A DNA stretch of 63,330 nt, filler included, from Alcyonidium flabelliforme (GCA_026167845.1; 51 parts of 51 records of this genome joined end to end with filler, not necessarily neighbours in it); one strand, 5' to 3'. Counted from the first letter of the whole stretch, positions 21,297-35,257 are shown. The notes: generated by a model not told the origin, from the letters alone. Translations and numbers: made by a program.

Positions 21297-23013
21297 TTTG
21301 TGCTTCATTCTGTATTTCTTTCACTGTAATTTACAGGTATGTTCAGTATTTGTTGGAAGGCTTGTTTATCAAGTCACAACATTCTTTCCTTACAATGCAG
21401 AATTTAACTGAATTCCAAAATTAATCTTATCGTACTATACTATATTAAAACTAACTAAATCTCAACGTATACTGCCGGTTAATATGAAAAAATTAAAAAC
21501 ACAACTAGTTTCGACTTTCGTCCTTTTCAAGTGTTGTTTTCTTTTGCGTTTCTTGTGTTACGTGCAGATAATGTTCAACTGTTGGCTATTGTTAGTTTAG
21601 GTATAACGTTTTGCCTCCATTCTTCTTTATTATTTAAATTTTCTTTTGTGTTTNNNNNNNNNNNNNNNNNNNNNNNNNNNNNNNNNNNNNNNNNNNNTTA
21701 ATTAATTAANNNNNNNNNNNNNNNNNNNNNNNNNNNNNNNNNNNNNNNNNNNNTTCAATTTGTAATGTGTTGTGAATAAAGCAATACTCCTTCGTTTGTA
21801 AATTGTAGCGTGAAAAGCCGTAGCAAAAAGTCGCGAATGGATTTTCTGATCATTAATACAATTTATAATATATAGTGAGTAACCATGAGAAGTTTAGTCC
21901 TATAGTTTTCCCGATCTCACTGCAAATTTGCCGTTAACATTTGGGAGTAGATTTCAGCGGGCATGGATCTATTATATTACTGCGCTGGACGGATAACCGC
22001 GAAATTGTAGAGCTCTTTGGTTTATCGAAACAAAAAAGCAGTTGCGTTCTTGATTCTGTACCATTTTCGTCCTCAAGGGTTCGAGGCTATTTGGTTGGGT
22101 TTAACCCTTTCGCGGAACCGAGGCACGCTTCTTAGCTCAGCGGGTCACTGGCTTCCGCGTAAGGAAACAGGACCCTAATTAATCCGTTTTAAATAGCCGT
22201 TTGTAGACATTTAAAGCTTATCTTTAGACATAAGATGTATGCCACGGTTATGTGATTCTACAAATTGTTCGAATGCTTTCGTAATGAGGACAAATTATTT
22301 TCTTGCGCGGGTGATGTGGTCGATCGCGTCACTCAAATCAAGGCAAGACTCCTACTGAAGTATGAAGGGAGTCTTCAGGCAAATGGACTGTGCGTCTGAG
22401 TATGCCTCGTGCCGCGCGCAGACTTGAAAAACTGATAACTATGCTTGCGGGCAATGGACCAGACTGCGTTAAAATGAACAAATATCAGATAAATGGCGCC
22501 TTAATTTGTTCAAAACGTGCAATTTTGGTTTTACTAAGACCTATTTTATAGAAGACAGGTATCAGCCATTATCGTTAAGTGCCATTATTAACCAACATCA
22601 ATGAAAAATTACCATTTTGATGCTTTTTATACACTTGAAACATTTTTAGACAATTTTGAATGTCGTTGTTTCAGCCATCTTAAAAATGGACGCCATCTTG
22701 GATTTTCAAGTGGCCAGCCTTTGGAATATACTAAGTAAACCTTGTTCTACAACTGTGCAAAATTTGGTGCTTGTATCACCATTTGCACAATTCTTATGAA
22801 AAATTGATTTAAGCAGCTCCACTACAATGTTTTAATACGTTTTCATTGTGTATTTGGAGTAATTCCACCAAATAGTACATATTTTTTTAATCAAATTTTC
22901 ATATCTTCAGAAANNNNNNNNNNNNNNNNNNNNNNNNNNNNNNNNNNNNNNNNNNNNTTAATTAATTAANNNNNNNNNNNNNNNNNNNNNNNNNNNNNNN
23001 NNNNNNNNNNNNN

Positions 23014-24171
23014 GCAGTATATATTTTCCGGTAGAATATATCGCATATAACGTTTTCTGAAACCAGCTTTCCATAATGATTTGCTATAGGTTTGCTTAAA
23101 CTTAATCGGGTTAAGAAACATTTTTAATGGATCGGACGTTTTAGCAAAATAACTTTCATGGCTATTTGCTCCGACATACTCAGAGTGTTTTAGATTACCA
23201 AAGTTTACGGATTCGCTATAAGTAGGGGTCTTTAATAGTCGAGATATAGGTTTTATAGCCGTTTCAGGAGCGATATTTATTTTTTTATAGTCTCTCTCAA
23301 TAGCCATAAAATCAGAAATAAAGTCCATAGCCCCTTTTTGAAATTCGTTTATTGTATTTAGCTTATCATTAGAAAAGTCATTAGGTTCGAATATAGCTAC
23401 TATGTCATCATTTTTTTTATCGAATTTAATTACAGAGCCGTGAGGTGCTGAAAAAATAAATTCGAGCATATGCACACCTTCCGATAACACTTGAAAATTA
23501 TTTTTAGGTTCTGAAAAGTTACACATATAGCCAGACATCGGAAACCCTTTTTCAGCAAACTTCATTGCAGTTTGAAATGTACCTAGGTAATAACCATGAA
23601 TATCTATTTCATTATTTTCTAATAACATTAGCTTATTTAATGAGTTCTGAATTGTCCCTTGCCACCCAATGTCAACAATCGCGACTTTTTTGGCATCCAT
23701 AAACCCAATTTGATTTAGGTAAGTTAGTAGGTTTTCTCTTTCTACAGCTGCAATACTGCATACATCATCAACTAATAAATGAAAGAGTTTTGCTAATTTA
23801 TCCTTATCGTTATCTGTGTCAATTATATGATTTTGATCAAAAAATCCAACTTCTTTTATTTTTTTAATATGTTTTGTTGCATCTATATCAACTCTATCAA
23901 GGTAATTAGCGACGCTCAAATTAGGAACAAAATGACATAGTACTTTTATCGAATATTCATCGATTCCATTGTATATAGTTGGGATGTTTATAGCTCGTCT
24001 TGATGCGTACATATACTTACTAGCAGGGTTTTTAACTCCCTGATTCATAAGGCTATAGGCTTTGTGCATAATATAGCCGTCGCGAGCAAGGAAAAATATA
24101 TGTTCTATTTCTTGATGCAAAACCTGGCTAGTTAACCAACGAGTTAAGCCAAAATATATTATTCCACAGTA
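23014..24171 (-). CDS. HAD-superfamily hydrolase-like protein of polysaccharide biosynthesis loci (COG5610-type), C-terminal part
   Basis: IFFLARDGY, YMYASRRA, AIVDIGWQGTIQ, APHGSV motifs; frame open throughout. Confidence 0.8.
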
Positions 24172-27100
24172 NNNNNNNNNNNNNNNNNNNNNNNNNNNNN
24201 NNNNNNNNNNNNNNNTTAATTAATTAANNNNNNNNNNNNNNNNNNNNNNNNNNNNNNNNNNNNNNNNNNNNTCGTTTTCTAACCCATCGCGCCCAAGCAG
24301 CTCCCACTAGGGACTCGTCGGAGTCTGTACGCCATGCGTCGACTATCCTTTCAGCATTAAGTATATATTTGTCAAACTCACCACGCCCTGGACGACATTT
24401 GGCATATCACTGCTCAAGCAGATCCTATGTGAAGGTTAGTATGAGTCTGTAACAACACCACCCAGAGCCATCCTGCTGCGTTCTATCGGCAGCAGAGCAA
24501 GCTTGATCGCATGAACCCGGGTACTACGCCCCAGAAAGCAACGATCGGCGGTTTGGGCGCAGTAGTGGATATTGATACATGGGAGACGGCTGGCGATATA
24601 AATTCTAGTTACCAACGCGGAGATTACTTACAATGTTGCGGCGACTCCCAAATGTAGGAGCCGATCGGATATACTTGGTTGGTTTTCTTTGTTGCGAATA
24701 CATTTTCACACTCGCGATGGTTTTAGGATATAACCATCCTACAGTAGAGTAGGCTTGAGTGACTTGCAATCGCCGACTGAAGCGATGACTTCGACTACGC
24801 AAGGAAGAATATATCGCATCACGATGTTTAGTTGAGCCAACAAATGATATTTCGGGCGGCGACTCATCAAATGCTTCTGGTAGGTCTGATCTTGAGCGTA
24901 TGTATTGCCTATACATAGTTGAACCAACGGAGGGCAGTCTGGTGTTTGCATTCGACCAGCTCAATCGAATTAGGGCTGTATGCAAATTCACCGAGTGATC
25001 AGAATGGCACTAGAGATGGCTTGCGAGATAGAATCAATAAATTGATACATCTATCATGTGGATGAGATGGCAAGAAAACCTCCTTGCTACGTCTGGGGAT
25101 ATTGATCGACCTCGACTCGGCCCAAGAGGCCCATGGATTCGCAATGAGTTACTTCCACCTGTCTATGGGCGGGCATGGCGTTGGTTGGCCCATGGGCCGC
25201 TTGTTAACAAGCCCTTCATGCACTCATTTACTTTACAATGTTTTAGCCACGTACAGGTCCCACAATACGACGTGTGCGGATTAGTTGGGTAGAAGGATAT
25301 ATAGCGGACGACATGGATTGAACCGTGGACTGTTGAGTCTGGTCTGAGCGAAACTTGGGAGGGAGAACTAAAATAAATAGAAATAGTGATGCGAGTACAA
25401 TGTGTGTAAATATATATATGACCACATNNNNNNNNNNNNNNNNNNNNNNNNNNNNNNNNNNNNNNNNNNNNTTAATTAATTAANNNNNNNNNNNNNNNNN
25501 NNNNNNNNNNNNNNNNNNNNNNNNNNNAGTCGCCTACCAAGTCTCGAACACTTTTAAAAAGGTCAATATCTCAAGCCAAAAAAAGACAAACTTCAGTTGT
25601 TTGATGTTGCAATCATACCTTGAACCTTTATTGTCATCACTGTTTACAGATAAGTTTCAAATCCCGGAAAATATAAGGTATTTTAAACTTTCTTTTGGCA
25701 GAGTCTGTCAATGTCAGACGGCCAGACGAACTTTTGATTTAAAATCCCAGAATGCAATTTTCCCGTTTGAATTACATTGGCACGCGGCCATAATGGCGGA
25801 ATTGAGTAAAAATGTGCGACATGACAGGAGTTGAATAATCATGAAAAATGATGACAGAAATGACCAAAAATAGCTGCAATTCGCACAGTGTCTTGTTGGA
25901 TTGTTATTTAACCAAATACAGCCAAAGGTGGGACACATACTTGGTTTTATTTTTGACATGAACCATAGTTGCCAACCTTTCAAGATGTGAAATCGGGACA
26001 CTTCCGATTTGTCATTGTGGGCCTTGGCTGGGATTCCCTTCTTAGGGAGGTCCTGTAATTATCCATTGTTTATGTTGTTTACTTTATTGTACACCCGATT
26101 ACACAAGCCAGCATACATTCAGCACCCACACAAAGACCGTTCTGCACCCACACAAAGACCGAGTAAACACAATTATCTCCGAACACTCACATGCCATCGT
26201 TCGATATAAGATACGATCTCGTCGAAAGGGTACCACCATAGGCGAGATTGAAATCCCAGCAAAAGCCCCACATGCGTGTCCTTGGCAATTACTTTATTAA
26301 AACGAGTCTATTCGCAAAAACAGGAACAAATAATCGGATATACGTACACTGAAAATATTCTAATCCGTAAAAAAATCCTGATTTCGGCTCCCATAATCAT
26401 TTTTTTTAATAAAGTTGTTCATCAGTTTTTTGCCGTTTCTAAATGCATTCATATTAAGCACATGATGTCACAGATTACCGATTATCAAAAAAGATACAGA
26501 AATTAAATGAACGACGCAGCGGAAATCACTGATTTTGTAAAACTTTACAGTTATAAACAAATACTTGCTGACATACCAGATTGTCTAGAGCCTATTCATT
26601 GGAATGCGGGCATTCAAGAACATTACAATACCCTATAATCGGTTGATCTCACGCCTTCTTCACCCCCGAACAATAGGAAANNNNNNNNNNNNNNNNNNNN
26701 NNNNNNNNNNNNNNNNNNNNNNNNTTAATTAATTAANNNNNNNNNNNNNNNNNNNNNNNNNNNNNNNNNNNNNNNNNNNNTAAAAAAAAACATCCCAAAC
26801 CTATGTCATGTCGGTCTTCACAATCCTGAAAACCAATAGTCAAGCCATGTGCAAAAAAGTGTTAAACGGAGAGATGGGACTTGACAATTGAAAAGGCAGT
26901 TGCTATCTGGGGTTGCCATTTGTCTCAGCAGCATGACGTCAGTCATTTGACTACCGTGTTATCTCTCAAAGTCTTGACCAATATCATCCGGAACACCAGG
27001 CCCAGACTCCGCTAGGTGGTGTTCTCCGTCTGAACCTGGATGTATTTGCCTGTGATACAGCATCCGCATGCGTTTTTGGTAAATCGCCGATTGTGACGTT

Positions 27101-27496
27101 ACCACTATCTAGATAACGCTCCGCTTGAATCATTTCATGAATAAGCTAGATTGATTACTTTTTTTGGTCAAATAAGTTCTGAGCCGAAAACAATTTGATA
27201 AAAACATAAATAATTATCTTCATATAACAATTCAAATTGCAAGTTTATTCCGAACTACTTTTGAAAGAAGTACACAAACCAAAGAGGGCGCTCAAACTAA
27301 TACACTCGAGGTATAGACCGTCAGTCTGGCCTCGAGGAATCGATTGGACCAATATGCCTTCTAGTCGATAGTGGAAGACAGCAAAACTAGCATTTTTTAT
27401 GGTATTTTGATTACTCATCGTGTTATATATGCAGAAGGCAAAACTGACTCTTTGCTACTTCAAAATAAATGCTTTATGTATGCTTTTACTGGTTAA

Positions 27497-27851
27497 AGAT
27501 ACGGTCTCCTTGTTGGTGAGGATCTGGGGTCAAAAATCAAATCAACTAGAAATTTTGTGTATGAGTCCTTTGATGAATATAATTAACCCGCATCTTAGTC
27601 AAAAAATTCAAAAAAATCGGAAAAAGGGTAAATTTGAGATCTTTGTATCCAAAAAAAACCCTGTCTCGAGATAAGGTTTTCGAAATTTACACTTTTTAGG
27701 GTAAAAAGCTCAAATTCACCCCTTTACCGATTTTTTAAGAATTTTTTTACTATGATGCAGGTTAATTATATGCATTAAAGAACTCGTACACACACTTTCA
27801 AGTTGATTTGAATTTTGACCCCAGATCCTCACCAACAAGGAGACCGTATCT
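27497..27851. mobile_element. Kolobok-like MITE, 355 bp, TTAA target duplication
   Basis: TTAA|AGATACGGTCTCCTTGTTGGTGAGG...CCTCACCAACAAGGAGACCGTATCT|TTAA; ~160-bp imperfect TIRs. Confidence 0.88.
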
Positions 27852-29004
27852 TTAATTTTCATTTTTCGGTTTTTAAGTCCTAAAAACAAAATTTGGTATT
27901 TCTCATGGGTCAGGATTGTCATCTTGATNNNNNNNNNNNNNNNNNNNNNNNNNNNNNNNNNNNNNNNNNNNNTTAATTAATTAANNNNNNNNNNNNNNNN
28001 NNNNNNNNNNNNNNNNNNNNNNNNNNNNATACTTTTCTCCAATTAAAAAGAACTAAACAAGATTTTTTGGCATTATACACTAATCGTCCCCCTAGGGGAC
28101 AAATTATTTTAGGCTATTAAAAATGGCTTATTTTGTATCTAAATATATCCGGGGGGTTACTCCTGCTTAAAATCCATTTATTATCAATTTTTACATTGTA
28201 ATACATAAAATCAAAATTGGAGTTCCATCCTGGCGGAACTGTAATTTTTTATCTGCTTCGCAAACAAATAGAAACCAGTGGCAATATTCTTACACTGTAC
28301 TCCTGTCTTTTACATCTTCAGGACACACCGTCTTTGGCTCGACTTCGGCACACGATTTAAATCCCACAACAACACAGATTGTACATTGCATTGAATTGGC
28401 CCGAACAGACCTGGCCACCTACAAACTCGTTAGACAAGTGCCGGATTACACAGATTGTCAATGTTATTAAGCGTGTTATTGTTGTCGTTGGGCTTGTTGT
28501 GTTTCACACTTATAATCCCCGGGTCATAATTATCCAATTTTCGCACGGTTCACGTCCATCTTGGCCAAACAGGTTTAATTTGCATTTGACTATTTTTCAC
28601 AATAAGTGCGCTGTGTGAAATGTGACGATCCTTTATTTTATTCAAATTGGCCTGTACGACAGTTTGCGATAATAATGATTTCCTTCGAGGGTAACCTTGC
28701 TTGGCAAACACTTTGTTTAACAACCCAAGGGTGTGCTGTGCATGTAATTATTGTTTTGTTTTGTACGAATACAAACCCTCCATGACCACTGCTCCATGAT
28801 CAATGATGTGTTAAAGTTGTGTTGTCCCACATCGCATGTGCAAATGAAACGCTCGACTTCATTATCACAAACACATAAACTATACGACCCCGGTGTGGCC
28901 CATTTGGTCAAACATGCATTGCAAGGTTTGAGGTGCTATACAAAATTACGAAAAACCGTCCCCCATGATCCATTCAGGATGCATAGCATGTGTGAAAATC
29001 ATGT

Positions 29005-29170
29005 TATTGAACATTTCTCAGGTTGGACTCGCGGCCACATCCACTAATCGTCCCGTATTTACCGCCTATCGTAATGCAATTTGGCTGAAATGCATTGAAA
29101 ATTTCTCCCCTAAGATTCGCGGCCATATCCACTAATCGTCCCGTATTTATCGTCTGACGCAATGCAAATT
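29005..29170. repeat. 88-bp tandem repeat, two copies, runs off contig
   Basis: TCGCGGCCAYATCCACTAATCGTCCCGTATTTA at 29029 and 29117. Confidence 0.8.
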
Positions 29171-29270
29171 NNNNNNNNNNNNNNNNNNNNNNNNNNNNNN
29201 NNNNNNNNNNNNNNTTAATTAATTAANNNNNNNNNNNNNNNNNNNNNNNNNNNNNNNNNNNNNNNNNNNN

Positions 29271-30411
29271 TTTCCTTGATTACTGGGTTAAGAACCTACG
29301 TCGGACAGCTAACATGGAGCCGTCGTTAGACAGGCCGGTTGGCCTTGGCCGCGATTTGTTTGATGGTTCTTTTTGTTTTAGTTCAGAGGTATGTAATTGT
29401 GTTTTATTCTAGAGGGAAAGATGAGGTTATATATACAACACGGACCCAAGTTGATTGTAAATCAACTTGGTTGTCTGTATAGACATTTCGGAGCTAATTC
29501 CGATGAAGCGGCTTGCTTCCTGATCTGCACCAGCCTCATATCACAACATTCCCCCTCAGGATCGCTTTGCTGGCAAGGCGATACTGGATTAACGCTGTGC
29601 AGGCAAGCCTCGGTAAAACCACTCAAAAACCTTCGTGGGAAAATAAAGTGGAAAGAGCGCCTGCGCTGTCACGTTTGTTGCCTCCGAGTCTCCAAGGCTT
29701 CGATTCCTAGGAGACTACAGAACTTGGCAAAAGCCGTAGGTCCCAACGGCTTGGTGAGACCGTCAGCGACTTGTTCCTCAGTAGGAACATACTGAAGACC
29801 AATGTCGCCAGCATTCAGCACTGCTCGCTGATAATGGAATTTCACGTTGAAATGTTTGGTCCGTTTGTGGAACTCGGGATTACGCGAGAGGGCAATAGCG
29901 GACTGGTTGTCAGCCATGATGTTGGTGACCGGGGACCACTACAGTTGTGGTTCGGCCAGGAAGGCGCGGAGCCACTGTAGTGCAAAATGGCATTGTATTG
30001 TCCAATGTACTCGGCATGGGTCGTAGATGTGGCTACTTCCCCCTCTCTCTTAGATGACCAGGAAACCGGCGCACCCGCAAGTTGGAATACGTAGCCGGAC
30101 GTCGAGTAGGCTCCATCAGTGACGACAGAGCCGCCGAAGTCGGCATCCGTGTATCCAATCAATTGACCACTGCGGTATGTAATGCGATGGGATTGCGTAG
30201 ATTTGACATAGCGAAGGAATCTCTGCAGGGCGACCTGGTGGTGCGATTGTGGCTGAGATGTGGAGCGACTCAACGTACCCAGCGCAAACGCGATATCCGG
30301 TCGCGTTCCGACTATCAGGCACATCAATGAACCGATGGCGGTTGCGAATCGTGCTTTTACTTCCTCCTCTGGAGGTTCTTCGTCTTGACGGCGATTCAAG
30401 GCTTGCTTGGG
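29271..30411 (-). mobile_element. Fungal Ty1/copia retrotransposon 3' part: RT C-terminus and RNase H (frameshifted), PPT 29549-29560, start of 3' LTR at 29548
   Basis: AIGSLM..TRPDIAFA, GYTDADF, STTHAEY, DNQSAIAL, HKRTKHF, QVADGLTK; CCTGAGGGGGAA-TG. Confidence 0.93.
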
Positions 30412-31752
30412 NNNNNNNNNNNNNNNNNNNNNNNNNNNNNNNNNNNNNNNNNNNNTTAATTAATTAANNNNNNNNNNNNNNNNNNNNNNNNNNNNNNNNN
30501 NNNNNNNNNNNGGTATGCAGCGCAATGTGACGTGCCTTGTCAGGAACAAACATAGCCACCAGTTGGCCATCTTGGAAGGTCAAAATTTACCAGACCTGCA
30601 TTTTCTATATCGAACAATAAAAACTGAAATGTTGAAGATTTGAATCGGCATATGATCATTTTAAAATGTCATTAATTTCGAATCACATAATGTCTTAAGA
30701 TATGTAGGCATTCATTATCTCAAAACACACACGCGCAAACGCAACCACATCATACCTAAGGAGTCCCAATTATTTGGGTAAATTGTTTCGAAAAGACGCC
30801 CGATGTTTTCCATAAGAACCCTAATTGCGACGCTGTGCAATTTTCCGAACGCCCAGGGCGCTCTTTCGGAAATCCCCGGTAGGTCAAATTAATTAGAAAC
30901 TGGGAAGCATAAACGAACAGCACACTAGACAACTTTTCACGGCGATAATATTATTTGGTATTCGATTGCAACACATTTTTCTTTGGTTCAAGATATTAGT
31001 GAATTAAATCACATGGGAATCAAATGTTCTTGTTGTGGTCGACAATTGTGTTGTTTGCATTCCTGCTCATTCGCGGGACCATATACGCTGTCAAATTACG
31101 TTGCAACACACATGCGAAATACCCGATCGGAAAACATGATGATCTCCCGCGATTGTCGGAAAATTAAGACTGGGCTTGAACGCGAGTGCAAAAATATTTG
31201 TGGCTGAAAATTGGGGGTGGGCTTATACCCGCGTCTGTACGTAACTCTTCAGTCCAAACTTATGTTATGGAATATTTTAATTAATCGCTGCGTGGAGAAT
31301 GACTTCACACATGTTCGCCATGATGTTTTCAGTTCTATCAGCTGTCAAAACGGCCTTTTTACCGTGTATTGTTGAGCACAAAAAAAGAGTCCAATAAAAT
31401 AGTCATTTTTTTCCCACATATAAAGAAATATCTTATAACTTTATTTACTATTTGATATCAAACAATGTTTTAAAAAATAAAAAATACGCACACTGTTTGT
31501 TTAAACTGGAACATCGTAAGTTGACGACAAGCTGTTTATGAATGAGACTATTCACTCTTACCGCGAGCGTAGTGACTTAATATTGAAATCTGACTGGTGG
31601 TGCGCGAGTTGGGAATGCGATAAGCGAACAGAGAACTGTGTTCGCGAGCAGGNNNNNNNNNNNNNNNNNNNNNNNNNNNNNNNNNNNNNNNNNNNNTTAA
31701 TTAATTAANNNNNNNNNNNNNNNNNNNNNNNNNNNNNNNNNNNNNNNNNNNN

Positions 31753-32891
31753 GATACGACTTTATCTGTTGCGGTATCATCATCTTCATCATAGTCGATG
31801 GTGACCGCTTGCTCTTGAATACGTAGTTCCCCTGAATAATTATTAGGCGGAATAAATGCCAAGCTGCTAAGCCCAGCCACTGGTACGTCTACACCATCAG
31901 TACCTGCTGTGACAGTCTGCGTCTCACCTGCGATGTCATAACGGAATTGAGCACCGGTAGCGTTGACCCAGTCACCGTTCTCAGCTCTAATCTGAATGAT
32001 CAGACGGGCAAAGGTCTCTTCTGAATCGATACTAACTGCGCTATGGCTTGGTTCGCCAAAGTTATCGGGATCGGCATCATCTTCATTTGACCAACCATTA
32101 AGTAAATTAAAGCCAGCATCAGTTGATAAGTCGTACCAGACGGGCGCAGAACTGCTCACACCATCATCATCTCCGTCTTCAAATACTAGTGCGCTATAGG
32201 TATGGTCTGGGTTGAGAGTGACATCATTGCTATTGTCACCATCGCTATCGATATCAGCACTCTCAGCCACTGGAGTGACCTTAATAGTGACATCAAAGGT
32301 TTCATTGTCGGTGATAGGGTTATCACTATCGACTGAACCATCAGTAGTCTCTACAAAATAAGTTAAGCTGATATCAATACTGCTATGTGCTGGCGGCGTA
32401 ATAGTATAGCCATCCAAATCAGTGACATCAAAACCGTAATAAGGCTCTTCATCTGTCAGATCTGCCGTTGTGATAGGCGTACCATTTAGAGAAATTTCGG
32501 CACCTGCAGTAATCAAATCATCAATTTGATCTTTCAAGATACCCACTATTGACAAGGTCTCACTACCATCTTGATCAGTAATGGTAAAGACTGAATCGCC
32601 AGCAGCATTTGTTGTAAATAAAGCGATCGTTGTATCCTCAGCCCCTGCCTGTGGATCCACTGCTGTCACATCGATGGTAGGATTGACCGTTATACTCAAT
32701 TGTACAGAGGCGGTCTGAATGGCAGGGTCGATACCTACAGAATCAGCATCGGTGTCTTTCGTATTTAACATAAGCGTTGCATTAATCACACCCGCAAAAT
32801 CTTTCGGAGGCGTGAACGTAAAGCTTGGGTCCAAATCACTAGCCGTCACTCGCGCTTTTGGAAGAGTGACTGTGCCATCAGCTATGGTATA
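31753..32891 (-). CDS. Giant T1SS-type adhesin fragment (cadherin/Ig-like repeats)
   Basis: Open frame across contig; D/T-rich; DQDGSETL, TITPPAHSSIDISL, FIPPNNYSGEL. Confidence 0.8.
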
Positions 32892-32992
32892 NNNNNNNNN
32901 NNNNNNNNNNNNNNNNNNNNNNNNNNNNNNNNNNNTTAATTAATTAANNNNNNNNNNNNNNNNNNNNNNNNNNNNNNNNNNNNNNNNNNNNA

Positions 32993-33634
32993 AAGCAAAC
33001 CCTTGTCAACAATGGGTATTCTAACTCTTTTGTTGACAAACATACTCGCAGATTTTTGTCTACTGTACAAAATCAACGCGCATCTATTCAAAATCATGAT
33101 ACTAATACAAAAATGTTGTATTATAAAAATCAGATGTCTGACAAATATGTCCAGGATGAACATGCAGTCAAACAAATTATTTGTGATAATGTGAAAGTCA
33201 AAAACCTGTCTGATCGTTTAAAATTTGTTATCTACTACCAAAACATCAAATCCTGTAATTTGGTCATGAAGAATAATATGTATAAAAAAACTGAACGTCA
33301 AACTGCCAGATCTAGAGTTGTGTATGAATTCAAATGTATTGAGCGTCAGTGTATTGACGCTAACCCTGCACAGCGCTATATTAGGCAAACGCAATGTTCA
33401 TTAAGTCGTAGACTTAGTATGCGTTTATTTTCTGGAGCCATTCAGGATCATTTTTTGAACACACATCAGCGTAAAATTACACGCGAAGAAATTGTCAACA
33501 ATACCACCATTCGTTACGGTCAGCGTGATGCCAGGCGTTTGCACATAATTGAAAGTTTGCTGATAAAAGCTGAACGTCCTGTATTGAATGGTCAAGATAC
33601 AGGGGTCCTCCGCGTTCTTAAACTGTTCGCATAG
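32993..33634 (+). mobile_element. Penelope-like element C-terminus with degenerate GIY-YIG domain
   Basis: LVNNGYS, VVYEFKC...YIRQT (G to R), LSRRL, ESLLIK..PVLN. Confidence 0.85.
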
Positions 33635-33750
33635 CCCATTGTAATTTACTTATTTATATTGTATAGTAGCTCAGTGTCAGTCTTTTGTAATTTAAATTTA
33701 AAGTTTGTTTATATTTTTGACTGTTGCTTGTGGCCATTTTAGTATGAGTT

Positions 33751-33789
33751 AGCCCGAAGATGAGATATGTTCTGTCTCGAAATATTGCT
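33751..33789 (+). ncRNA. Minimal hammerhead-like motif, one core substitution
   Basis: AGC-CCGAAGA-T-GAGATA tgttc TGTCTC-GAAA-TA-TT-GCT. Confidence 0.7.
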
Positions 33790-34677
33790 GTGTTGTATGA
33801 TGTCTATTGGTGTTTTATTATTCAAATGTGACGTACATGAACGTTCGTTATTTAGAAGGTATGAGAAGATTGGAAATAAAATCATAAATGGATCAAGATG
33901 TCGTGAATTTAATGAATTTTGTTTACGTGAAAACATTGTGCCAAATTACACAAAATTGTATTTTTATTAGACTGCCTAACGCGTAAACCTAAACAATACT
34001 TGAAGACACTAGTGCTATTAAGAGCAAAACGGGGAGTCACGGGATAAACTTTGGCGTCACGAGGACGCCAACTTGTGACAGATTTGCAAATATTTGAATT
34101 TGAGTGGTTAACAAAAAAAAATTCAATTTGNNNNNNNNNNNNNNNNNNNNNNNNNNNNNNNNNNNNNNNNNNNNTTAATTAATTAANNNNNNNNNNNNNN
34201 NNNNNNNNNNNNNNNNNNNNNNNNNNNNNNATTGTAAAATACCTAATTAGACATAATTTTTGTGGATTTCACTGTTACTGAACAATGCCCAGAAAACATC
34301 AAATTAGTTTGCGTATGCATTTTCAGTAACTTGAAAAAAAGAAAACTGGAACTGGTCCTTTGCTTGCATGTCAATACACATTTATCTGACATGCCATCAA
34401 TAAATAAATCTTTTGATCTCTGAATACCCTATTACATAATCAATTTAGCTTTCTGAATGATTTGGTATACTTTATTAGGAAAGGGGTAGCTAGTATGTAT
34501 AATAAAGACAAAGAAAATCCTGCAGGCAAATACATTTAATTTACATATTATTTCAGTAAAGACCATTTATACACCACAGCAAGGTACATTAACTGTTACA
34601 TAATATTTGCCTACATTACAGGAAACAGCAATCTAACTATTATGGGCTTCCTTTTTCTAAAAATAAACTCATCCTAA

Positions 34678-35257
34678 TTAGGGTTGCTCCTATAAGGGAG
34701 CAAGCCTATTGGTTTTGTACGATTTCTTTCTTCTTCTTCTTTTTCTTTTTCTTTTTCTTTTTCTTCCAATTTTCAGCAAGCTATATCTCGGAGACGGTTA
34801 CAGCTAGGAGCTTGATACTTGACGTATGACATCCCTGGGGTAGGCCATTGTTGACCTTGAGGTCAAAAGGTCATTTGAAGGTCAAAGGTCAAATTTTGAA
34901 AAAAATTCAAAATGTTCTAAAATGATTGTATTGAGTTACAACGAAGTATTTTAGATGATCTTTGAGAAGATTTCGGTACTAAAAGGTTTTGTTTTTATTT
35001 TTTTGGCATCTTTTCAATTAATTTATTGATCGTCCAAAATTCACTAAGCCACATCTCGAACTCTGTTGTAGTTAAGGACATGATATTTGAGGTTTGAAAT
35101 CCCCAGGTTAGGCCATTGCTGACCTTGGGATCAAAAGGTTATTTAGGGGTCAAAGGTCAAAATTCTAAAAATGATGTTGAAAGGTAATTTGGAGGTCATT
35201 TAACGTTCATAAAAGCCAATATGAGCAACCCTGCCTTTGCTAAAAGGCTATCTAGTT
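34678..35257 (+). mobile_element. HINE/DINE-1-like non-autonomous Helentron derivative
   Basis: 5' subTIR AGGGTTGCTC with hairpin, CT-rich microsatellite, two diverged internal repeats ~268 bp apart, 3' subTIR GAGCAACCCT, hairpin GCCTTT..AAAGGC, CTAGTT end. Confidence 0.8.

Noticed and set aside
21754..22913. ORFs or RNA genes in AT-rich contigs (also 25528-26680, 30512-31652, 42860-43983, 51400-52510)
   Set aside because: No coding motifs, tRNA or rRNA recognised; consistent with animal non-coding DNA and partial repeats
24272..25427. Possible decayed fungal gene
   Set aside because: Multiple stops and no motif I can name
28240..28990. Very decayed piggyBac-like transposase on the minus strand
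   Set aside because: Only faint Cys-rich tail resemblance (QRRC..KTGVQC); needs a translated search
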